NCBI GenBank assembly: GCA_964632485.1
Contig: CAZWDO010000003.1
Coordinates: 184,690 to 218,203, forward strand
From: an uncultured bacterium
GTDB taxonomy: Bacteria > JAGOEH01
Direction of reading: 5' to 3'
Length of the DNA: 33,514 nucleotides
Part shown: positions 27,401-33,514 of the stretch, piece after piece
How positions within the stretch are numbered: the stretch's first letter is position 1
Layout: each line of letters opens with the position of its first letter
The notes under the pieces: model-generated
The model's database searches: none
The model's input: the letters and a program-made list of their open reading frames with translations, nothing else
What the model was told of the DNA's origin: nothing
Program-made: the position numbers and the translations under genes

Positions 27401-30400
27401 TCAATGTTACGGATGAGGACGGGGACAATTTATCTTTGACGTTTTTGAATCCGATTGAAAATGCTTCACTCAATGATCGTCGTTTTACCTTTACTGCCGA
27501 TGATAATCAGGTTGATACCTTTAGTTTTTATTTCAAGGCGGACGATGGCAAATGGGGTATAACGTATGATACACTAACCATTGCTATAATTCCTTTTAGC
27601 GGCCCACCCACTGCTTTTTCCTTACTAAGTCCCATCGAAGGTACACTGCTTCAAACCAGCGCGATAACTTTTACCTGGCAAATGGCTCAAAATGCAGATC
27701 ATTACAAACTTTTTTATGGTAATGATACGACATTGTGGCAAATAGCCCAAACCGGCCAACCTACTCTTCAACTAAATTTGCCGCAAGCAATGGAAAACCA
27801 TAGAATTTATTGGCGGGTAAGAGCCTATTTGTCGGATACCACTTATTTTACCGATAATAGCGGAGGGGTTTCATCCCTGCTGTTTGACCAGGTCGATGAA
27901 GTTCCTGGTTTCGTTACTCTGGTTTCTCCTGTTAACGGGGAACGGGTAGCCACGAAATCACCGGAATTTAAATTCTTAAAGCCGCTCGGGAATGACCCAC
28001 GTGATTCACTTTTAACCTATCGCATGGAAGTATCAGTACGTCGCGATTTCCCAGGCGTTCCTTATCGGGATAGTCTGATTCGTCCCCCCTCGGGCCTTGA
28101 TACGCTTACGCTGGATAGCATTAATACTGAATTGCAGGAAGGGCAGTTTTTTTACTGGCGCGTCTCTGCTTGTGATGATCAGGGAAATAATAGCGGTTTT
28201 TCGCAAGCGGACAGTTTTTTAGTCGATGCGCAAAACGATGCCCCTTATGCCTTTAACCTGATAGAGCCCTCAGAAAAAATCGTATTTCAGGGAGGTAGTG
28301 TTATAACACTGCGCTGGAATTCAACCACGGATCCCAACATCGGCGATGAAGTTCAATATGTTGTTTCTGTAAGCAATCACCCGCAGTTAACATCGTTATT
28401 GCTGGTGGATACATTGGATGATACAACCCGGACATTCACATTATCTGACGATAATACAATTTATTACTGGCAGGTTATGGCTTTTGACGGAAAGGGTGGA
28501 ATTCGATATTCGAATCAGGCGCCCGCGGAATTTGCCCGCAACGATGCCAATGAAGCGCCTCACAAACCCAGTCCCTATTATCCCGGAATGAACATGCCGG
28601 TGGATACGATCCATCCTCAATTAGTTGTAACAAATACAACTGATCCGGATCCCTATAGTTCAGAATTAAGCTATCATTTTTATGTGGCGACCAATATTAT
28701 GATGAGTACCATTATTGATAGTTCCGGACCTGTCTCCCAAGACAGCAGCGGGCGAACCTCCTGGCGGATTTCTCAGAACTACGCCATGGCCTATGACACA
28801 TTATATTGGTTTTGCCGCTCCCACGATGGAGAATTATCATCTGGGGATACTCCCATGGCGTTCTATTTTGAGCTGAGCAATCATATTCCCGCTCAATTTG
28901 AATTGATCGAACCGGCTGACCAACTGCAAACTACCGCTACTACTCTGACGTTTCGTTGGAATCGATCATTGGATGCCGATCTGGGAGATTGGGTGCGCTA
29001 TCGGTTTTCAATCGATACCCTCAATACTATGGCAACCGCTTTTACTTCTTCAGCTATGGCTGACACAGTATATTCCCACACCTATCAATTTGTACAAAAT
29101 CGTGTATATTATTGGCAGGTTACAGCCTATGATCCAATTGGCGCCGAAAGAGTTTCAGCTCTTCGTCGCTTTATCTGCTATGATCCGCAAACCGGTCCTA
29201 CGGCACCTGGAGGACCTTATAGCCCCTCTGCTGATCAATTGGTGTCGACACCCACCATTACGTTTCGCTTCACTAATTCCACTGATCCGAATGAAAGCGA
29301 TATTATTATTTATACCATTCAGTTGGATACGATCAACACCTTTCAGTCACCGGCGCTTAGAACATTTTCCAATATTTCCGAAAATAGTTCGGGAAGTATG
29401 ACCAGTTATCTTTATACTGGTATTTTAACTGACAACAAACATTATTTCTGGCGAGTAATGGCAAGTGATGGGCACACTACCAGTAACTATTGTGATGCCC
29501 AATCGTTTTATCTGAATCATACCCAGGAATCGCCTTCTTTGCCTGAATTAATCTCACCCTCTGAAAATGAGATTGTTGCATGGAGTTTAACTTTCAGTTG
29601 GCTGGGCAGTACCGATCCGGATCCTTACGATTCGGTACGCTACACATTTCAACTTTTTACGGATAAAAACGACACAACCCAGGTTTACTACCAGGCCTCA
29701 TCATTAGCCAATAGTTTTATCACACTCGGAGACAGTTCCGTACTGAAAAATGATTACCTTTATTTTTGGCGAGTGAAGGCTATAGACGGCAGCGGACGAA
29801 CTCAGACCACTTCATTGAAGAAGTTTTACGTCAGCTACGATTTAATTCCTAAATTGAAAGCTTTTAACATCGTTTCTCCCCAGAATAGCGAAACAATCAA
29901 TCCCCGGAATTTAAAAATCTTATGGCGAGCGGCTAAAGATAGCCTTACCAGTGGTTATCAGGTCAGTTATTTGATTACTCTATTCCCCCTGGGCAGTCCC
30001 CAACTGCTCAAGTTTTACACGACTCAGGATACAATGCTGAATATTTCTGATACTTTACAGGAACGAGCAAGCTACCAGATGTCAATTAAAGCCTTTAAAC
30101 ACAATGATCCGCAATCTTTAACCCATTCCAACCCGGATACCGTCATATTTTTTACACAAGGCGAAGCGCCGGGAAATATCATCGATTTCAATTATTCAAT
30201 GCAGCTTGATCGTTTTAATTTAAAATGGAAATCGAATCCGTTCCAACCTTATGATTTTGTCCGGATTTATTGTGACTACGGTACAGGACAGCTTAATCCA
30301 CAGTCCTGGCAAACACTCAATGCGACGGATACTGCATGTACTATTCCGTTCAGTTTGTGGCCGGCTCAACAAGCAACTCAAGTATGGCAATTTAAGATAC

Positions 30401-31542
30401 AGGCTGAAAATAATTCAGGTGAAGCATGCCCGGCCGAACCCGTAATCCTATCCTTAACTCCATCAGTGGTAACTCCCTGGCTTGCATATCCTTCTGTCAA
30501 TACAAGAATTGCCGGCGATGGGTTGACCATTGTTCATCTTTCTCCATGGAACACTACACTTTCCGGATCGTACCGGTCATACCTGGAAGTGGCGACAATA
30601 CCCTTTCAGATCGATACCAGCGCAACGAATCATTATTGGTTCGCTATCAATTCATTAGCGTATCAATTGATTACCAATATGCAAGGGTCTGCAATTGTCT
30701 TTCGCTCAAGTAACGCGAATGGCGGCGGCGTTCAGCAGCCGACTATGCATAAAGTCCGTTTTTTTTCTGATACGATCCAACCCCAGCTATACCAAACTTT
30801 TCAAACTCAATCATCTCTTCAAGAGAGCCATATCCAATTAAGCCAGGGTGAAGCATTGCGCTGGGCGGCTCAACCCCTCAACCGATCAATATTTTATTAC
30901 CGCATTCATATTCCGATGGCTGTTGATGAGAATGGGTTTTCAATGAACACCTCTTTTACAAAATATTTAAACAGTGAGGAGATAGAAGCCTGCAGCACGC
31001 TATTTAACGTGTATAGTACGGATTGGGACAAGCTTCAGGATTCAGTAACAGTGATCCTCTACCAGGGGCCTAGTAGCAATGCGCTCTATCGTGGGTTTAC
31101 TCAGCCCAGCTTGTGGTTCAAGCCAGAGGAGAGTCAAGATTTTGATTCCATACCGACACAGATTGATACGACCTTTCATACCTATACATGCCGTATCAAA
31201 AGGAGCGGATCTCTTCGGCTTAAAAGTGAAAATCCTTCTGCCGTTGCTGAGGATGCTTTTTGGAATAACGATGCTGGCCTCTGCCGAACGTTCCCCAATC
31301 CTTTTACCCACTTTGTCAGACTTGAAGTTAAAAATCTCAATTCAACTAACGGGTTTAAATGCGCCATCTATGACATTCAAGGCCGGCTCGTCTGGGAAGC
31401 AGAGACCCATCAGTCCCAATTGGATTGGCATGGTATTGACCGGATGTCGCGAGGGGTAGCCAGCGGAATCTATTTTTACATTATTCAGGATCCCGCTACT
31501 CATAGACAAATTGCCAAGGGACGATTTTTAAAGCTAAAATAA
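24499..31542 (+). CDS. Giant secreted/surface protein: LVIVD-like beta-propeller region, cadherin-like domain, ~8-9 FN3/Ig-like repeats, C-terminal T9SS type-A/FlgD-like sorting domain
   Basis: AAGGAG RBS; signal peptide ending SLANG; AYVAKGTSGLTILD (LVIVD-like); NHAPVF...VTDEDGD...ADDG; repeats ending YWxVxAxD; terminal FPNPF...IYDIQGRLV...WHGID...VASGIYF...FLKLK. Confidence 0.85.
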   Translation: MRKIFYLFFLVCVLLFFSLANGQIILLQDLGTALEHGPYDQIIPLKNSVIAANHRGVDIYNTSNFANATLVSSIATTGRVLQIQYSIPWLLILDSINTEQSRLFVYNMTNQTAPVLLETIESVGPVRKFKWENQKFYLGYDDSLSIYNYYPYGGTPTREHSLSYPSSWGTENTRAITDIYTNNHFVFVHTNGGMGIWDAWDMNSTNAVTMTNLGLGKIASKAFCFESFKSLQSNTFWGYDISGMIPNSSSLPISNKPNSLSFFMKDIHHTSRQLYAAIHNEVLAYEMVHPLLVTTPNIINTSDTLLAIARQNIYTIISSYNNGQSRLLVNEGQSPDREHPAPCDTLIMSENIIDLDGNNQHFVGISANKLYLFTMTGNQAVLLDQANLPTGSGKQVALRGARILVAAGASGLYSFSITNNLLQANGQIRSGTINTVTMNEHLAAYFIQSTNQFVVMDHLSPQQPILGTYAMNATVSHIALNEQFAYVAKGTSGLTILDYTDLQSISVAGSIACRSGENFNKVYVENELLSIAAGNCVRVFLTHNPLDNEQIAASGATTGVIDLVPDYNLFHYITNTRFCQTLQVLTNGVDYLNKDYQTYRYQLPLVNDTVISFAFHGDRFVVSHTSGSFDAWDLDYSNPLDGRAIIHPPTPVHDESYIEQYGDFSEMAPLNNYLLLTANNCVLGNQLLLFDMTNPNQPINTETIQLAGELTDINTYNEAYVYGKQDESILVFQLSGNQLNQVGTIGPLAGLVSARVFQNSLIAGCEDSLVCYRIDQNPAVPQRTDSRIVQGKVEQLATTNQGVFYLNNNHNILKVTCQSYLFTNEEQVVGGNGVEYINAHEDMLYFFTQNAHIYRFNAATQEAAQFLSDQTDRQNLSFAGQLMIVHRGDKGYRIFNISQATPQLIEDHNGYNESSTSAFFNQRNLLVMNEKNSLHFYGVNNDNHAPVFNNMPATMVTLMARTDYALDINVTDEDGDNLSLTFLNPIENASLNDRRFTFTADDNQVDTFSFYFKADDGKWGITYDTLTIAIIPFSGPPTAFSLLSPIEGTLLQTSAITFTWQMAQNADHYKLFYGNDTTLWQIAQTGQPTLQLNLPQAMENHRIYWRVRAYLSDTTYFTDNSGGVSSLLFDQVDEVPGFVTLVSPVNGERVATKSPEFKFLKPLGNDPRDSLLTYRMEVSVRRDFPGVPYRDSLIRPPSGLDTLTLDSINTELQEGQFFYWRVSACDDQGNNSGFSQADSFLVDAQNDAPYAFNLIEPSEKIVFQGGSVITLRWNSTTDPNIGDEVQYVVSVSNHPQLTSLLLVDTLDDTTRTFTLSDDNTIYYWQVMAFDGKGGIRYSNQAPAEFARNDANEAPHKPSPYYPGMNMPVDTIHPQLVVTNTTDPDPYSSELSYHFYVATNIMMSTIIDSSGPVSQDSSGRTSWRISQNYAMAYDTLYWFCRSHDGELSSGDTPMAFYFELSNHIPAQFELIEPADQLQTTATTLTFRWNRSLDADLGDWVRYRFSIDTLNTMATAFTSSAMADTVYSHTYQFVQNRVYYWQVTAYDPIGAERVSALRRFICYDPQTGPTAPGGPYSPSADQLVSTPTITFRFTNSTDPNESDIIIYTIQLDTINTFQSPALRTFSNISENSSGSMTSYLYTGILTDNKHYFWRVMASDGHTTSNYCDAQSFYLNHTQESPSLPELISPSENEIVAWSLTFSWLGSTDPDPYDSVRYTFQLFTDKNDTTQVYYQASSLANSFITLGDSSVLKNDYLYFWRVKAIDGSGRTQTTSLKKFYVSYDLIPKLKAFNIVSPQNSETINPRNLKILWRAAKDSLTSGYQVSYLITLFPLGSPQLLKFYTTQDTMLNISDTLQERASYQMSIKAFKHNDPQSLTHSNPDTVIFFTQGEAPGNIIDFNYSMQLDRFNLKWKSNPFQPYDFVRIYCDYGTGQLNPQSWQTLNATDTACTIPFSLWPAQQATQVWQFKIQAENNSGEACPAEPVILSLTPSVVTPWLAYPSVNTRIAGDGLTIVHLSPWNTTLSGSYRSYLEVATIPFQIDTSATNHYWFAINSLAYQLITNMQGSAIVFRSSNANGGGVQQPTMHKVRFFSDTIQPQLYQTFQTQSSLQESHIQLSQGEALRWAAQPLNRSIFYYRIHIPMAVDENGFSMNTSFTKYLNSEEIEACSTLFNVYSTDWDKLQDSVTVILYQGPSSNALYRGFTQPSLWFKPEESQDFDSIPTQIDTTFHTYTCRIKRSGSLRLKSENPSAVAEDAFWNNDAGLCRTFPNPFTHFVRLEVKNLNSTNGFKCAIYDIQGRLVWEAETHQSQLDWHGIDRMSRGVASGIYFYIIQDPATHRQIAKGRFLKLK
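27601..30165 (+). repeat. Eight degenerate ~100-115-aa FN3/Ig-like repeats within the giant protein
   Basis: Units start near 27604, 27901, 28240, 28555, 28885, 29194, 29530 and 29845 with P..F.L.(S/E)P, then F.W..S.DP(D/N) and Y(Y/F)W(R/Q)V.A.D; no obvious DNA-level identity. Confidence 0.75.
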
Positions 31543-31571
31543 CAAGAATATTAACTTCCAATTAATTTTAA

Positions 31572-31609
31572 ATGGATCCGATTTTCCCTGAGCGGTCAAT
31601 CGGATCCAT
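31572..31609 (+). terminator. Perfect 12-bp inverted repeat downstream of the giant gene (terminator or stabilising hairpin)
   Basis: ATGGATCCGATT (31572-31583) / AATCGGATCCAT (31598-31609), 14-nt loop, about 30 nt after the stop codon. Confidence 0.55.
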
Positions 31610-32314
31610 ATTATAAATAAAGATAATATAACAGTTGATTTTCTAATTCCCTTGCTTTATTAAGTTACCATAACTATATGTCCTTTTTTTTGCTTTTCAT
31701 TACTAAATTTATATGTCTACCCAAAATGACTATAGAAAATGTAGTAAACAATTTTTTTATATAGGTATATACCCTCTATTCAATGCAATTTTATAGACAG
31801 TAATACATTTTGTGTTTTTATGATCAACTGTGTTATAAATAATGGGCCTTTAATGTGGGATTTTAATGGCGCAGTATTACTTTGAATGAGTCGTATAAAC
31901 CACAGTAAAAAGGTGTGTATTTTAAACAAAAAAGGATGATTTTAATGGTTGAGACGTTTTCGACTCAGTTATGGGGGAGATTGAGTCTAAAATATCTCAT
32001 TTGGAATCTGGGAGAAATATAAAGCGCTTAGAGGGTGGTTTTAAGTGATATATTTTAAATACATCATAGAGAGCATTTCTATTTATATTCCTTGGCAGAT
32101 TTGTAATAGGGCGGGTTTTAGCCACAGTATCGTAAACAGTATGAAATGTCTATGTTAGGTGTTGATAGCCAATAGAAAGTCAATTTGTAGAAGGCTCCAG
32201 TGAGCAGTGTGCGACAGGATATTGAAAAAAAACTGTGTATTTTAGTTTCTGTTATACAATTCAGTTATATAATAATGAATACAAACAAGAGCGATGTGAT
32301 TAAAATTCATATTA

Positions 32315-32330
32315 CGGCATGAAAAATGCA
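32315..32330 (+). promoter_or_regulatory. Second sigma-54 (-24/-12) promoter
   Basis: CGGCATGAAAAATGCA with GG-N10-GC spacing; 14/16 identical to the site at 24438-24453. Confidence 0.6.
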
Positions 32331-32360
32331 ATATAAAAAATGTCGGCATAAAAAAAGGAC

Positions 32361-32389
32361 TTGACAAGACAAGAATTTTTATTTATTAT
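32361..32389 (+). promoter_or_regulatory. Sigma-70 promoter upstream of the last gene
   Basis: TTGACA (32361-32366), 17-nt spacer, TATTAT (32384-32389), A-tract upstream. Confidence 0.7.
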
Positions 32390-32458
32390 TAAGATTAAAC
32401 CATGGATGCTTGACAAGCCGACATGAACGATAACCCTTCAAACCGTGAAAGGAGTCTG

Positions 32459-32581
32459 ATGGCAGTGATAATTTCAACTCGAATGGACAGCGGAAGCGGG
32501 AACCGAGCCGTTTCAAACCGTATGATTGTCGGTGGAAAACTGACAAAGCTTTCAAAACTCGTTAAGGAGGAAACTGAATGA
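32459..32581 (+). CDS. Putative 40-aa leader peptide / uORF (not in ORF track)
   Basis: AAAGGAG (32448-32454) before ATG 32459; MAVIISTRMDSGSGNRAVSNRMIVGGKLTKLSKLVKEETE*; its TGA overlaps the next ATG (ATGA). Confidence 0.4.
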   Translation: MAVIISTRMDSGSGNRAVSNRMIVGGKLTKLSKLVKEETE

Positions 32582-33514
32582 GTAAAAAAATGACCTGGAG
32601 TTTGCTCATCATCTTCAGCTTGCTGATGATGGTTGGCTCCATGATGGCTGCGCCGCAACCGGTCAATTCGCCGTTTAATAATGATATCGGCGCGTTGACG
32701 GGTGTTGGTTATACCTATGCGGTAGCCAAGAACCTGGTATACTGGGAAAGCGATACCAATGCGACGACTGATAAGGCCTACAACTCACTGGGTGATTCCA
32801 GCAAGTTGTTGAACGTGACTCAGGCCACGCACAGCGCGTATGGTAATCCCCAGGATACCGACGATGACGATTATATCCCTTCACATTACCAGTGGAACTC
32901 GAGTGCGGATCGTTTGAACCGTTTCGGTTCCTATACGCCTTCGACCCGTAACCACATCAACCGTTTGGGTGATGGACGTTACCGCATTGTTGACGAAGGC
33001 GCTGTGGATGATACCTTGTGGAAGGTATATTCCGTTCCGGTAATGAACATCGATTTGAAGGTTGATAATGCCAATGTTCATTTATATGGTTTGACCATTA
33101 CCGTGGTAGGTAACAGTGATTTCAACCCGTACGAAGACCTCTTGCCGTTGAATGGCAGTGTCGATGACGGTTGGGCCTCCGGTTTACAGATTTACCATGA
33201 AAACGATTGGAACGTGGGCACCAACTCCAGTAAGGATTATATGGATCGCAACGATGATATCATCGAATGGCGCGGTTCCCGAGCTGATCGACTGGATTCG
33301 ACCATGGCTCACTATACCAATGTTACATCCTTTACCTACGCTGGCGATCCAGTTCCGGCTAATTATGGTGGCGGACACTTAACGCGCGGTACGGCTGTGT
33401 ATGATTTTAACGATGTCGCCGTATCCGGCAACCGCACTTGGATTCCGTTTAGCGGATTGGATGATTATTTTATGGGTATTAATCATCCACGCAATCTAGC
33501 TGCCCTAAACGAAT
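32578..33514 (+). CDS. Secreted protein, candidate major surface/S-layer-like protein; 3'-truncated by the window edge (not in ORF track)
   Basis: AAGGAGG RBS; 312 uninterrupted codons to the window end: MSKKMTWSLLIIFSLLMMVGSMMA|APQPVNSPFNNDIG...; rich in D/N/S/T/G/Y, no Cys seen. Confidence 0.85.
   Translation, partial: MSKKMTWSLLIIFSLLMMVGSMMAAPQPVNSPFNNDIGALTGVGYTYAVAKNLVYWESDTNATTDKAYNSLGDSSKLLNVTQATHSAYGNPQDTDDDDYIPSHYQWNSSADRLNRFGSYTPSTRNHINRLGDGRYRIVDEGAVDDTLWKVYSVPVMNIDLKVDNANVHLYGLTITVVGNSDFNPYEDLLPLNGSVDDGWASGLQIYHENDWNVGTNSSKDYMDRNDDIIEWRGSRADRLDSTMAHYTNVTSFTYAGDPVPANYGGGHLTRGTAVYDFNDVAVSGNRTWIPFSGLDDYFMGINHPRNLAALNE

Noticed and set aside
24866-31459. Small alternative-frame and antisense ORFs inside the giant gene
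   Set aside because: No coding signatures; the main frame is intact for over 2300 codons.
31610-32314. Replication origin or dif site
   Set aside because: No clustered TTATCCACA-type DnaA boxes and no dif consensus seen; no dnaA/dnaN/gidA context.
32402-32422. TGA readthrough extending the uORF to ATG 32402, or an alternative genetic code
   Set aside because: TGA terminates conserved genes here (mfd, rsfS, tsf, pyrH) and there is no RBS or SECIS evidence.
32437-32562. Periodic repeats read as a mini CRISPR array
   Set aside because: Repeats are only ~10 nt and degenerate, the period of 36-39 nt is too short, and there are no cas genes in the window.
32396-32577. Known riboswitch (c-di-GMP-I, fluoride) in the last leader
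   Set aside because: The conserved cores could not be matched by eye; an Rfam scan would be decisive.
32395-33382. Short track ORFs at 32395-32658, 32675-32884, 32881-33081, 33152-33382 and 33184-33378
   Set aside because: All overlap the better-supported plus-strand ORF starting at 32578.
1-33514. tRNA, rRNA, transposase, integrase, reverse transcriptase or defence genes
   Set aside because: No such motifs recognised in any ORF or intergenic region.

Overview
Bacterial chromosomal window, AT-rich, standard genetic code, with one 10-N scaffold gap at 21334-21343. The rplM-rpsI-rpsB-tsf-pyrH-frr order, kdsA and a T9SS/FlgD-type C-terminal sorting domain suggest a diderm FCB-superphylum lineage (inference). 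Left to right: (1) an overlapping wecA-like / pglF(capD)-like / mfd / TrmH-family run; (2) an orphan coiled-coil + CheY-like receiver gene, divergent from a small secreted protein, a LytR_C protein and rsfS; (3) the translation cluster; (4) directly after frr, an unusual envelope cluster of two TPR-type exported proteins, a YjbH-like beta-barrel fused to a coiled coil and TPRs, a Wza/SLBB protein and a Wzc kinase; (5) a ttcA-like gene interrupted by the gap, convergent with kdsA; (6) a TGS-fused nucleoside kinase; (7) a ~2350-aa secreted propeller/cadherin/FN3-repeat protein; (8) a ~1-kb AT-rich regulatory region; (9) a secreted-protein gene missing from the ORF track that runs off the right edge. 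The best candidates for something new are the TPR/barrel/Wza/Wzc export module and a pair of surface-protein genes that share a near-identical sigma-54-type promoter, the second with a repeat-containing leader and a translationally coupled 40-aa uORF. All calls come from reading motifs by eye; no database searches were run.
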